From a virus, in IMG/VR virus record IMGVR_UViG_3300025881_000008, positions 40,075 to 104,074 of that record: 64,000 bases of DNA, one strand, 5' to 3'. The notes under the pieces are model-generated. The model had not been told where the DNA came from and ran no database searches. It worked only from the letters and a program-made list of their open reading frames with translations. Below are positions 49,449 through 59,813 of this stretch, one piece after another (within the stretch, counting starts at the first letter, position 1; every line of letters starts with the position of its first letter). The position numbers and the translations under genes are program-made.

Positions 49449-49493
49449 TTATTTTTATATTAAAGGTGTAACATATTATATATCTATTTATTT

Positions 49494-51218
49494 TTAGAAG
49501 ACTACCGGTACAAAACCTACCATCGGCACGGGACCTACTGGTGTTGGTATACCTCCTAAATAGAGTAATTTAAATTCTAACAAGTGTAGAGCATATACCG
49601 CGGCAACTGCTGTAGAAACCGCAAGTGCTGGTGGTTGAGGTGCTGGCAATACACTAAATGTTTTACCAGTATTCCAAGCTCTTCTAAGATTTTTAGCTAG
49701 TCTCTTTTTACCACCATAATAAATCGGTATATAAATACCAGTTAATGGTGGGGGAATTAAAGCTGGCAAAGCAGATGGTGATGGAGCAAATGGTTTAACT
49801 AAACATGCATACCAATACGCAATAGTTATTTCAGCCATTTCTTCATATGGATCTCCACCTGGCCAACTAAAATTTATATCAACATCCTCCTCTGCCGTGT
49901 CACATTCGTCAGCTGCTTTTTTAGCATCAATAACCTGTTGTCTTTGAAACTTAAAAATAGTACCGCCGGCGTTTGGGCTTATATTAATAATATCATCAGC
50001 TGACTTAACATTTTTAATGGCTCCGGGAATTTTTGCCCAATGTATATCGTACTCTAATTTTTCATATTGTGCCGTTACATATGTGTTGTCTTTTTTCCAC
50101 CAAATCACTTTAGTATCGTCGGATACACCGTATTTAAAACTCATTTCAGATCCGTTGTCATATGAAAAAAGAGCAACTACATGGTCCGTTAAAATTTTAG
50201 GTCTTTTGCTTGGATAATCTGGCAAATTATGTTCCCTGTCAAAAGAAACCTGTATTTTGTATTCAGAGAGTGGACAGTCTGACATTTTAAAATTGTCTAA
50301 ACCGGCTTCAAACGCCGAACTTACACCATCAACCAGGGCTTGCCAATCATATCCTGCGCCCTCTATATCTGTTCTAGCTTTTTCACTCACATTAACGTAT
50401 GGAAATCTACCGACAAAATAAGTACCTCCAACCGCTCGCTGTATTTCAGTAAGATTATTGTACTTTGATTTACCTAAACTGGTGGCCCATAATTTATATT
50501 TGTCTTTTGCTTCTTGACTGGACAAATTGTGATATTGCTGTAATAATCTATTTGCAAATGACTTGGCCAAATCTGATACAGTTTCTGAACCGTCTAAACA
50601 TTCAAACTCAAAAAATCTAAACTTATATAAGTTTAAACTCTGTTTGTAATCTTCAACAAATTTATTAAATTTCTTTTGTTGTTTCTTTTCTTCTTCGATT
50701 GGATCTGGCTCTTCAATGGGTTCTGGACAAAAATCGGCATATGCTGGATGAGACTCTTTGCCCATTTCAATTATATTACCGTCTTTATCTTTCTGGTCTA
50801 ATAAAGGAATATCGCCCTCTCTTAATATTCTTTCAAACACCAAGCCATAACCCTGTTTTAAAAGAAACTCTGCCGCTGGATTATTAGTATGTGTTGCACC
50901 AAATGGTGTCATTGCTAATCCCTTTATTGCCTCTAGATATCTTTCTGCTACTCTTACACCAAAATCATATCGACCACTTAATGGGTTTAAATTAATAGCA
51001 TTAATCATCGATGTCGGATCAGTCGTCAAGTTAGCATTAACTGGATTTCCGGGTTTAATAGATTCTATTAATTCTGAAGATGGGGGGAAAATAGGCACTT
51101 GATCCTTGCCAACTTTTGGCAGATCATAAGATACCATACCGCCACCCGGTTTAGTAAACGACTGCCCCGATATATCGGACGCTAATGCTGGTATAAATGA
51201 TGGCCAAAGTGCGGGCAT
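49494..51218 (-). CDS. Hypothetical virion protein next to the spike gene
   Basis: 574 aa with a Pro-rich, hydrophobic C-terminus. Confidence 0.5.
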   Translation of the reverse strand: MPALWPSFIPALASDISGQSFTKPGGGMVSYDLPKVGKDQVPIFPPSSELIESIKPGNPVNANLTTDPTSMINAINLNPLSGRYDFGVRVAERYLEAIKGLAMTPFGATHTNNPAAEFLLKQGYGLVFERILREGDIPLLDQKDKDGNIIEMGKESHPAYADFCPEPIEEPDPIEEEKKQQKKFNKFVEDYKQSLNLYKFRFFEFECLDGSETVSDLAKSFANRLLQQYHNLSSQEAKDKYKLWATSLGKSKYNNLTEIQRAVGGTYFVGRFPYVNVSEKARTDIEGAGYDWQALVDGVSSAFEAGLDNFKMSDCPLSEYKIQVSFDREHNLPDYPSKRPKILTDHVVALFSYDNGSEMSFKYGVSDDTKVIWWKKDNTYVTAQYEKLEYDIHWAKIPGAIKNVKSADDIINISPNAGGTIFKFQRQQVIDAKKAADECDTAEEDVDINFSWPGGDPYEEMAEITIAYWYACLVKPFAPSPSALPALIPPPLTGIYIPIYYGGKKRLAKNLRRAWNTGKTFSVLPAPQPPALAVSTAVAAVYALHLLEFKLLYLGGIPTPVGPVPMVGFVPVVF

Positions 51219-51220
51219 AA

Positions 51221-51934
51221 TTATTTACCTTTTTGTTGATAGTTAATATGAGTGCTCGATAATTTTCCTACTGTTATTGGAGTTGGTGGCATTGGGGGTC
51301 CAGAAGGACCCACGCCAGTTGGATGTATATGTGCATTATAATCGTCTAACCACATTTGTAACCAATCCTGTAGAGATTGACCCCTCACTGCTGGTTCTGT
51401 TTCATCTGCTCCCGGCTCGCCCGTATTTGAAACGAATATATCACCACAGTCTAAGAACATTTTAGCATCTGTACTGATTTTTATAAATCCCTCTTCGTCC
51501 ATTTGAATGATTGGGCGCTCTTTGGCACCGCTACCTCTTGTGATAACTAAACCATCTTCAGGAGAATGATAGATCCTTACGTTGCGCACAGCATCATATA
51601 CTAGCGATATAACATCATGTGGTGCATCAGAAGTTTCTAAAATATCTGACTTAAGATCTGTATTTTGATCTATTTGAAACCAGTATTCAGGGTGGTAGAT
51701 GTTACCGTTGTCAAAACGAACTGCAACAATATCACCAACTCTAGGTACTGCATGTGCACCAACTTGATCCCTATTCATAGGGGTTGCCCACGGAATTGCA
51801 TCATCAGTTAGTTTATCAAATTTACCATAAACTTTAACCCTACATCTTCCGTTTAAAAGAGGATCTTCGTTAACTACAACTTCCCCAAGCCAGTGTTGAT
51901 CCCTTAAATTATCTTTAAAAAGTTCATCAGCCAT
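51221..51934 (-). CDS. Baseplate central spike (gp5/gpV OB-fold)
   Basis: GEVVVNEDPL..GRCRVKV.G, IPWA, VPRVGD.V.V.F.NG and an HxH tip motif (AHIHPTG); no lysozyme domain. Confidence 0.88.
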   Translation of the reverse strand: MADELFKDNLRDQHWLGEVVVNEDPLLNGRCRVKVYGKFDKLTDDAIPWATPMNRDQVGAHAVPRVGDIVAVRFDNGNIYHPEYWFQIDQNTDLKSDILETSDAPHDVISLVYDAVRNVRIYHSPEDGLVITRGSGAKERPIIQMDEEGFIKISTDAKMFLDCGDIFVSNTGEPGADETEPAVRGQSLQDWLQMWLDDYNAHIHPTGVGPSGPPMPPTPITVGKLSSTHINYQQKGK

Positions 51935-53310
51935 TATTCGTATACATTTTCGTTAAGTGAATTATCTGCACTACTGTCAACACCTGGTGTATAAACTCTT
52001 TCGCCTAAGTTTCCGTCTGGGCTACTATCAACAGCAGGACTGTCGTACATGTTATTAGGAGTAATATTACCCTTTTTAGGTTTATTAGATTTACTTTGTG
52101 TAAACTGTCTAGCTAAATTTATAACACCATTAATACTACCAGCTTCAAGTGCGGTATTAATATCACTGAGTGTTCCTAATGCACCACTAGCGCCATGTAC
52201 ATTATCTAAAATTAGCGCCTTTACTTTATCCATACCAGCATTCGCCAAACTAGCTGCCGCCCCCGTTAATCTTTCAGGATAAACAGCACCCATTGGATTT
52301 TTACCAAAACCAGGCAAACTATTTTTTAAATTATTAAATCTATTTACCAGCGAACCGGCGATACCATTTACCTTATCACTAATTGCATTCTGTGCATTTG
52401 CCAGTGGATTAAATGGAGACTCTGGATATAAACCATCTCCGGGTTTTGCCCCGGGTATAAGATCTTTATCATCAACTAACGATATATTTTCTCCGAATTT
52501 TTGATTAGTTAATAATGCAGTTTCCCATGTAAAACTTAATTTAGGTCTCTTTAATTCAGGCATCTTAGATGCATCTGCAAACATGTCTGCAATTGAATCT
52601 TGTTGCCATTCACAATGACCTAATTCAAACATTAAATAAGGTCTGGCATCTGCAGTAAATTGACTAACTAATCCAACATCAAATTTTCTACCATTTTTAT
52701 CAATATTAGTTTCAGAACCTTTAGCTCTAGGAATTATATTTACAGATTTACCTTCGTTGTTTTTTGCCATTGGGGATCCATATAAATCTAAGTCCCTGGC
52801 ACCAGTATCTTGTTGAAATGTTCTAACTTCTGACATTACTATCCAAACCCTAAAACGTCTTAGGTTTTTAGGTAGTACTTCAATATATCTTTCATAATCA
52901 TAACATGCCTTTTTATATAAAGACATTAGGCCAATTGCAGTTAATTCAATATTCTCTTCTAAACACTCAATATCGATTTTAGGTTTTTCAGAACCTCTCC
53001 AAGGCTCATCCATTTTACCGTATGTTTGTGTTAATTCTAGACCGCTAACCTTTTGCCAAAACCAGGGCATTTCAGTATTAATCTTCATCAAAACCTTTTT
53101 AAAGTTTTCAAGATATGCAGCGTAGTTAGTTCCCATTGGACCATCGACAAACTTTTCTAAATACTCTTTTGCAGGACCTGACATCAAAGGAGAGTGCTCC
53201 TTATCTACAGTATCAAACATGAGAAAAAAACTAAGATAAGTCGGATCCTCATTGATCTTTCTTAAAATAGAACCTTTTCTAAATTCATTAATATGTTTAA
53301 AATCTGCCAT
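51934..53310 (-). CDS. Tail/baseplate structural protein (possibly tube-initiator-like)
   Basis: Position between hub and spike; WFWQKVSGL...IDIECLE tube-like segment. Confidence 0.4.
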   Translation of the reverse strand: MADFKHINEFRKGSILRKINEDPTYLSFFLMFDTVDKEHSPLMSGPAKEYLEKFVDGPMGTNYAAYLENFKKVLMKINTEMPWFWQKVSGLELTQTYGKMDEPWRGSEKPKIDIECLEENIELTAIGLMSLYKKACYDYERYIEVLPKNLRRFRVWIVMSEVRTFQQDTGARDLDLYGSPMAKNNEGKSVNIIPRAKGSETNIDKNGRKFDVGLVSQFTADARPYLMFELGHCEWQQDSIADMFADASKMPELKRPKLSFTWETALLTNQKFGENISLVDDKDLIPGAKPGDGLYPESPFNPLANAQNAISDKVNGIAGSLVNRFNNLKNSLPGFGKNPMGAVYPERLTGAAASLANAGMDKVKALILDNVHGASGALGTLSDINTALEAGSINGVINLARQFTQSKSNKPKKGNITPNNMYDSPAVDSSPDGNLGERVYTPGVDSSADNSLNENVYE

Positions 53311-53337
53311 ATATTATGTATCCTTATTTTATTATCC

Positions 53338-55317
53338 TTATTTATTAGTAATGGTAACCGATGTTGTATTAGTAAACGTTTTACCTTCTGCTTGTATTGT
53401 AATAGCAAGATCGTATGTTTGGGGGTCAAACTCTCCTGTTTGTGAGAGATCCAACACCCACGTTCCATTCTTTTTAACTCGCATTCCGTAAGACGGACCG
53501 ATTAATGTATCATCTATCTCTGCTTCCCAAAAATCAAATGCTGCAACTTCTTTATTTGCAGTCCAAGTACCTTCAAATACACCATATGTGCTATTACCAA
53601 ATGTAGCCTGAATATCTTGTTCAGATGTGGTTTTAGTAAATCCTATTTCTAACTCTAATTCAACACTAGGCGTTGGCTCTGGTGTCGGTTCAGGTGTTGT
53701 TGCTGGAGTCGGCTCTGGAGCAGGTTCTGCAGCTGGACTATTCTCTTTAATATTTTCAGCCTTTTCTTCATCAGTAGCATCTTCTAAACCAGGTGGATTA
53801 ATTAGGTTTTCAGTTCTAGTTGGCCATTCTCTCCTTAATAAAGTTACAACTTGTCTAGTACCTTCATTATTATAAGTATAAACTATATCTTCTATTATGT
53901 AATATCCAGATAAAAAAGTATCTAATGCTTGTTTAGGTAATCTATCTGGATCCATATCCGGATCCGCTCCTAAATCAAATGGCTCATCTTTGTCCATGCC
54001 GAGTTCCTTTTTATCTCCTTTGATTCTCTCGTTTTGATAAATAGATTTCTCATCAACGTGATACATTAATACCGGTATTTTTTGATATTTATACAACGAT
54101 GGATTAAATGAGTTCAATGTAACCTCTAGTTTCATTTTCTGAACCTCCATCTCATTTTGTTTATTATGCAATTGCGCAAACGCTGCATTAGGGTGAACAT
54201 TACCTAAACCATCGTCACCAGCTTCTTGCCTACCAATGTATTTATATTTAACTTGATCAACATGTCTAGCATCATTTCTGTTACCTCTTAATGGCTCTTC
54301 TAACTCTTTTAAATCATTACCCCCGAGCGGCTCGATTCTAAATTCTTGTTTCTTATTATCACCATTATTATCATAAATAGTAACTTCTCTAGCATATCCC
54401 GCAATTGTGCTAATTGTACTTGCATTGTTTATAATCTTATTAGATTCGATAAACGCGTTATTACCCATAAATGCAATATGGTTTGTTAATAATAAAGGAA
54501 CCTCTATGTCATTACCAGTACCGCCTTCCTCGGCTTCTTTAGCTGACTTAGCATCAGGTGTCATAGACTCCGCTGCAGATGCCAATGATTCAGCAAACTC
54601 TGAAATCGGGGGATTTGGAGAATTAAATAAAGCATTAACATCGACATAATTAAGATAATAATATGAATCAATCCACCACTTTTGAAATGATTCCTCGCCA
54701 ACGTAACTGTTTTTAATAATAGAGTGTATGAAATCTATATAAGGAGTATATGCCATTATTCTAGATTGAGAATCATCTGCGGCATCGATGTTTGTTGCCA
54801 TTCCAATTTCTAAATCCCTAGCAACCTGTTCTATATGGTCCAATGAAGTACCATTTTCGAAATTAACACAATCTTCAGCAAATAGCCTAGGAATTTTACA
54901 GTGGCCTTCTATTGTAAATGTAGCAGCCTGAACATTACCCTGTTTCGGTGCGCTGCATTCAGTTATGTCAAAATCCATATGAATAGATTTAAACGTCTCT
55001 TGATTTTTGGAATTAATTAATACAGTAAAAAAATCACCATCTCTAGGATAACTGGCAACACCAAATTTTCCAGCGCTGTCTTGTAATACTAATCTACAAG
55101 TAGGCACTACTTCAGTTAAGTTTAGCTCAAATAAAGTAACATCAGCCGGCTTAAACTGATATCCATTAATAAGAATCATTGGCTGAAGTGTCGCTATAAC
55201 CGAAGTTTGCTTGTAATCGGCCTCATCTGGTTTCTCTTCAGCTAACGCATCAATTTTTATTTCTGTCGGTCTAATAGCCGGTTCGACTACTGCTAATATA
55301 TTGTTTGCTAATTCCAT
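53338..55317 (-). CDS. Baseplate hub protein (gp27-like)
   Basis: PTCRLVLQD, WIDSYYYLNYVD and LSGYYIIEDIVYTY...LLRREW; PT linker plus an extra C-terminal domain. Confidence 0.6.
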   Translation of the reverse strand: MELANNILAVVEPAIRPTEIKIDALAEEKPDEADYKQTSVIATLQPMILINGYQFKPADVTLFELNLTEVVPTCRLVLQDSAGKFGVASYPRDGDFFTVLINSKNQETFKSIHMDFDITECSAPKQGNVQAATFTIEGHCKIPRLFAEDCVNFENGTSLDHIEQVARDLEIGMATNIDAADDSQSRIMAYTPYIDFIHSIIKNSYVGEESFQKWWIDSYYYLNYVDVNALFNSPNPPISEFAESLASAAESMTPDAKSAKEAEEGGTGNDIEVPLLLTNHIAFMGNNAFIESNKIINNASTISTIAGYAREVTIYDNNGDNKKQEFRIEPLGGNDLKELEEPLRGNRNDARHVDQVKYKYIGRQEAGDDGLGNVHPNAAFAQLHNKQNEMEVQKMKLEVTLNSFNPSLYKYQKIPVLMYHVDEKSIYQNERIKGDKKELGMDKDEPFDLGADPDMDPDRLPKQALDTFLSGYYIIEDIVYTYNNEGTRQVVTLLRREWPTRTENLINPPGLEDATDEEKAENIKENSPAAEPAPEPTPATTPEPTPEPTPSVELELEIGFTKTTSEQDIQATFGNSTYGVFEGTWTANKEVAAFDFWEAEIDDTLIGPSYGMRVKKNGTWVLDLSQTGEFDPQTYDLAITIQAEGKTFTNTTSVTITNK

Positions 55318-55322
55318 ATTTA

Positions 55323-56159
55323 TTATTTAGCGCAAGGTGAATCCGGTGAATCTGCCGGGTTATTATTTGTAGAAGCAGGCCCTGTGCCATCTGGTTTAGT
55401 ACCGCCCTTTGTATCGGCAACATCTGTTTTAGCACCACCTGTACCAGAACCTGTACCAGAACCTGTACCAGAACCTGATCTTAAACCACTTCCAGCTACT
55501 AACAATTCTTCATATAATTTATCTTCATTAACAATTACAGGCCCATTCTCAACCTGCGAGGTATCTAATGCATTGATAATAATGTCGTCTTCAGTGGTCT
55601 TAATCACTTTAACATCGTCCTTAGCCATGTCGCTTAAAATAGAATTTACAACGGGGTCGGTTTGTGTATGCATACCCAATCTAACATTAGTACCATCAAA
55701 TTCATAATTCTTTTTACCAACAGGTATCACGTTAGGTGGTAATAAAGTTTCCTTATTGTATTTCTTTTTAAGTGCTTCTAATCTTCTTTGATCAGTTTTA
55801 CTTAATCTTTTGGTCTGTATAAACTGGTTTTTAATTGGATTGTCCTCATACATCGCAGGAGTCTCTAACTTAAAATATGGAATTGTATCCATTGGAATAT
55901 AAAGAGTCTCACCTGGCATAATAGAGAAGGGATCTGAGATACCATTAAACTTCATAATTATATCTAAACCAGAAGCAGAGTTATAGTATTCTACTGCAAT
56001 TAAATCAGGTCTAACTATTTCATCTTCTTTAACAATATGTACTGCAGCTAACTGATACTCATTAGGATCTAAAGTTCTAAAGAGCATAGTAGGTTGTGCT
56101 AACAATAACTTAGTCTTGTCAGTATTTAACTTCTTATTTTTAAATATCTTAAAGTTCAT
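55323..56159 (-). CDS. Baseplate wedge gp53-like (LysM-like) protein
   Basis: RPDLIAVEYY...IMKFNGISDPF..MPGETLYIP; GTGS repeat near the C-terminus. Confidence 0.7.
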   Translation of the reverse strand: MNFKIFKNKKLNTDKTKLLLAQPTMLFRTLDPNEYQLAAVHIVKEDEIVRPDLIAVEYYNSASGLDIIMKFNGISDPFSIMPGETLYIPMDTIPYFKLETPAMYEDNPIKNQFIQTKRLSKTDQRRLEALKKKYNKETLLPPNVIPVGKKNYEFDGTNVRLGMHTQTDPVVNSILSDMAKDDVKVIKTTEDDIIINALDTSQVENGPVIVNEDKLYEELLVAGSGLRSGSGTGSGTGSGTGGAKTDVADTKGGTKPDGTGPASTNNNPADSPDSPCAK

Positions 56160-56173
56160 GTTTAATTATTATT

Positions 56174-58012
56174 TTATCCAGCAGACATATCAGATAGTCT
56201 ACTAACGTAAGGCGCATTTCCAATATTAGTGCCTGATTTTCCGCCATATGCATCTACATTAACCATTGCATCGATGTCTAGACCTTCGCCTTCTCCCCAT
56301 TCAGGTTGTAAATACATTCTGCCTCGACCTGCATTAAACATTGATTCAATTTCAGTTTTATCTCTTGGTCTACCTGGCTTTAGTGTGATTTCAACTTTCA
56401 TTTTAGTTGGAAATCCTTCAAAACCTAAAGGACCTTCAAAACTAATATCGGTGTCCTGTAACGCTAAGTTACCACAAACCATAATAGGATTCATTGGATT
56501 ACCAATAGTTACATGCCATTGGCCAGTCGGATCACCAGTTAAGAATGCTTTAATAACATCACCACCAGAAGGTCCACCTAATAGTTTCATTAGACCGCCA
56601 CCGACGATGTTTTCTAATATACTTGAATCACCTAAGATTTTGTTAAGCCCTGCACCACTTTTTAAATTACCGGCAGTTTTCTTAAGTTGATCCATAAAGT
56701 TTCCACCCATACCAGCCAAGGTATCTGCGATAGAACCTAGATAACCAGCATAGTCACCTGATGCTAATTTACTCATATCACCGAATGGTTTACCAGTTGA
56801 ACCAGAACCACTAAATCTAGTAGCTCCACCCCAGAAAGGTGCGTTATTATATGTTAAAGCTAATATGTTGGCTAATGTATCCATAAATGCTACCTTTGGA
56901 CTGGTACCTGGATAAGACTTAAGATCATAGTGAAAAGTTAACTTAAACTCTTGTTCAAATTTAAGCCCCTTTCCTCTAGCTAATACATTATCTATAATAT
57001 TAAGAGGTCCAAATACTTTATTAGGATACGTGTCTTTAGCATGATCTACATTGCCCTGTGTTCTAAGATTTTTAGCCTGAACAGACGTGAATCCATTTAA
57101 ACCCGACTCTATCGCAGATCCAACAGAGCTTCCGCCAATCGCTGCACCTGCTGCACCCCTATCAGTTTCTCTTGATGAAGCATCTTGTATTTCAGATTTA
57201 GCCTCTTCCCATTTAAAACCAGTTTTAAATTTAAGTATTTCTTTTAGGTCATTACCTAACGCAGGCGACAACCAAGTTACAGCTCTTGCCAAGTCTGGAG
57301 AACTTACATCAATAGGTTCTTTTCCGTCCGAACCCTGTTGTTTAGGACTTAATAAGTCATCACTAACTGGATAAGCAAACCTCCTAAGAGTAATTAAATA
57401 ATCATTAGATATTTGACCATAGTGTTCCATTTGAATAAAATCACTATAACTGTATGAGAAAGATTCACCGCCGGTGTGTTTTGAATATTCAACTATGTTA
57501 TTGGCTGTAGGTGCTTGGTATATACCACCTGCGCTGTATTTCACCACAGGCCTATTGTAATCAATACTATCGGTTGGGCTTTTATCAAAGTTTACCATTC
57601 CAGCGCGATTAGCATATCTATGCAAAGTCCAGTTATTAAATAAACTTCTAGGTGCTTTTCCAAGATTAACTGTGTCTCCTTGATCCTCTATTTTAGAACC
57701 ACTTTCACCTGAAACAACTTTGTTTACGGCATATGATCTAGAATCCCTACCATTCTGATATAAAGATTTTTTATCTTGTGCTACGCCGAATACATTTTCA
57801 GAATTTAACGTGGTTTTACCCGTACCCTTTAAATCTTCCGGTGGAGGAGGAGTTTCGCCTAATGCACCTGCTTTAGGTGTTTTAGTTTTAACCTCTTTGC
57901 CAGCCTTGACATCGTCATAAACGTACTCAACAGTATCAAGACCAGTGGTCTTATCAATAACGTTTAGTACTTTTTTAAATATAAAATTAGCGTCGTCTCC
58001 TATTCCTGACAT
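56174..58012 (-). CDS. Tail-tube initiator / gp48-like structural protein
   Basis: C-terminal VTIGNP..PI..CGNL.L...I.F...L...GFP..MKV.ITLK pattern; upstream of the gp53-like gene. Confidence 0.45.
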   Translation of the reverse strand: MSGIGDDANFIFKKVLNVIDKTTGLDTVEYVYDDVKAGKEVKTKTPKAGALGETPPPPEDLKGTGKTTLNSENVFGVAQDKKSLYQNGRDSRSYAVNKVVSGESGSKIEDQGDTVNLGKAPRSLFNNWTLHRYANRAGMVNFDKSPTDSIDYNRPVVKYSAGGIYQAPTANNIVEYSKHTGGESFSYSYSDFIQMEHYGQISNDYLITLRRFAYPVSDDLLSPKQQGSDGKEPIDVSSPDLARAVTWLSPALGNDLKEILKFKTGFKWEEAKSEIQDASSRETDRGAAGAAIGGSSVGSAIESGLNGFTSVQAKNLRTQGNVDHAKDTYPNKVFGPLNIIDNVLARGKGLKFEQEFKLTFHYDLKSYPGTSPKVAFMDTLANILALTYNNAPFWGGATRFSGSGSTGKPFGDMSKLASGDYAGYLGSIADTLAGMGGNFMDQLKKTAGNLKSGAGLNKILGDSSILENIVGGGLMKLLGGPSGGDVIKAFLTGDPTGQWHVTIGNPMNPIMVCGNLALQDTDISFEGPLGFEGFPTKMKVEITLKPGRPRDKTEIESMFNAGRGRMYLQPEWGEGEGLDIDAMVNVDAYGGKSGTNIGNAPYVSRLSDMSAG

Positions 58013-58066
58013 ATCTGTGAATATTCTTTTTTATATATATCCACCTAATATGGTAGGATAATATAT

Positions 58067-58666
58067 CTAGACCCACTCTGCACCGTCCATTTCGTCAGTT
58101 TCAGGTCTATATAGTAGATTATCAGACCATTTAGGATCTTTAGGGTATTTATCCCCTAAAAATTTTTGGAGGGATTTGACATATTCACCTTTAGTGTGCC
58201 AGTAGAATTCACCATCTCTATAGACAGATCTATTAACAAGTTCATATAGCTCTTTAAGTTTAAGCTCTACGTGGAATGTTTGTATTTTATTAAATAGTAT
58301 TTCTTGCTCAGCCCTAGTTCTTGTACAGAAGACTGAATCAACTATTATAAGATATTGTTTCCACTTAGCACCATTAAAGATATTATTTTCAATATCATTA
58401 ACTGTTGGATACAATGCTCTTTTGAGATTAATTTTAGTATCTCTACCATCAAAGTCTTTTATAAATCTACCGCCAAAAAGATTTTTCTTTAGGAAGTATA
58501 CATTATCATAAAATCTTTTAATTCTAATCTGGTATTGTGGATTAACGTCATCAAATTTAACGTCATAAATAGTTGCTCTAACAGGAATTAGAACATTAGG
58601 CTGTTGTGTAGTTGAAACAAGGGCATGTATTTGATCGCCCTTTGCAAAGAGCTGGTGTTTAATCAT
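58067..58666 (-). CDS. Hypothetical protein
   Basis: 199-aa ORF in a tightly packed operon. Confidence 0.6.
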   Translation of the reverse strand: MIKHQLFAKGDQIHALVSTTQQPNVLIPVRATIYDVKFDDVNPQYQIRIKRFYDNVYFLKKNLFGGRFIKDFDGRDTKINLKRALYPTVNDIENNIFNGAKWKQYLIIVDSVFCTRTRAEQEILFNKIQTFHVELKLKELYELVNRSVYRDGEFYWHTKGEYVKSLQKFLGDKYPKDPKWSDNLLYRPETDEMDGAEWV

Positions 58667-59060
58667 TGTCTATAAATCTAACATTATCAAATTTGCTTAA
58701 AACACCACTTTTGGGATAATCGCATCTGTTAATAACGAGTAGATCTAATTCACACGGATCAACTATCATATCATTGATAAAATCCCTAAAATTGTTTACA
58801 GTCTCTGCATTCAAAGTTTTAAACATATAGAGGATCTTGACATTTTCTCTATCATCAAGATCCTCTAATACTTTTTCTATACTCTTTCTAATGTAAATAG
58901 AAATGATTATATTAGAAGGTTCAGCACTGCTAGGATCACTTTTAACCAGTCTGTTAAAAATATCATAGTAAGAAACAGAGAGATCATAGTTACCTGCTTT
59001 AGATAACTTATCAAACTCTGTTCTTGTCTTGCACCAAACTCCTTCTATTTTCAAATTCAT
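58659..59060 (-). CDS. Hypothetical protein
   Basis: 133-aa ORF overlapping its neighbours. Confidence 0.6.
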   Translation of the reverse strand: MNLKIEGVWCKTRTEFDKLSKAGNYDLSVSYYDIFNRLVKSDPSSAEPSNIIISIYIRKSIEKVLEDLDDRENVKILYMFKTLNAETVNNFRDFINDMIVDPCELDLLVINRCDYPKSGVLSKFDNVRFIDND

Positions 59061-59380
59061 CCGTTTAACATGGACTCTAATCTTTTGATCTCTTTTTGTA
59101 AGACTAGGATCTTATTTTTAACTTCGTTTTCAGAACCCCTATACTGTGCACCCCATCCCATTGTAATTCTAACAAGATCCGGATCCAAATCAGTTCCTAC
59201 ATCCATGCCTAGATCAAATATTAAATCTTTTAAAAATTTAACTTGATTAGATCTCTTCATCGGCCCTTCAAATTCATAGACATGTCTAGATTCAAACTCT
59301 TCTCCACCCCCATTTACATTATCATCAACAAGAGTCTTGATGACACCATTATCTGCTGGTTCAATACCGATACTTAGCAT
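59057..59380 (-). CDS. Hypothetical protein
   Basis: 107-aa ORF with an ATGA overlap. Confidence 0.6.
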   Translation of the reverse strand: MLSIGIEPADNGVIKTLVDDNVNGGGEEFESRHVYEFEGPMKRSNQVKFLKDLIFDLGMDVGTDLDPDLVRITMGWGAQYRGSENEVKNKILVLQKEIKRLESMLNG

Positions 59381-59390
59381 AGTTTGTGTT

Positions 59391-59813
59391 TTATTTTCTA
59401 GAAGCTAAACTAGCTTTAGCTTTTTTCATTAATTCCTTTGCCTCGTTTTTATCTTCACGATAAGTGGCTTTGTTTTTGGTAAAAAAGATTGCAGCTGCTT
59501 CCTCTAACATATTGATCTCATCTGCATTATAACCCATATCATACCATGTTTCTTTCATGTTGGCTAATTTAGCCTCAAACACTTCTTCCCACTGCTTTTC
59601 AATTTTAGCACGTCTGATGTCCTGGATTCGTTGTCCAGTTTTAATATTCTCTGCACGAAAATTAGCCCTAGTTGGATTAAAGAATGATAACTTACTGAGG
59701 TATCTTAATACACCTTGTTGTTTTAACCTGCGTCTACGTTCTCTGCGATTAGGAATTTCCTGATTCTGTTGAGTCTGTGTTGCTTCTGGTTGTTGTGTTG
59801 CTTGTTCTTCCAT
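59391..59813 (-). CDS. Hypothetical protein
   Basis: 140 aa with an NRRERRR basic motif. Confidence 0.6.
   Translation of the reverse strand: MEEQATQQPEATQTQQNQEIPNRRERRRRLKQQGVLRYLSKLSFFNPTRANFRAENIKTGQRIQDIRRAKIEKQWEEVFEAKLANMKETWYDMGYNADEINMLEEAAAIFFTKNKATYREDKNEAKELMKKAKASLASRK

Larger units (their letters stand above)
14852..58041 (-). promoter_or_regulatory. Dispersed late-promoter-like motif GATA[T/C/A]ATA (11 sites)
   Basis: Sites at 14852, 19284, 20424, 25157, 26911, 34403, 45923, 48124, 49477, 53315 and 58034, each about 5-60 nt upstream of a start codon. Confidence 0.7.

Noticed and set aside
569-59146. Presence of palindromic restriction sites (GAATTC at 569; GGATCC at 2292 and 59141; many GATC) as support for modified DNA
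   Set aside because: Cannot be evaluated without observed/expected counts; presence alone is not evidence.
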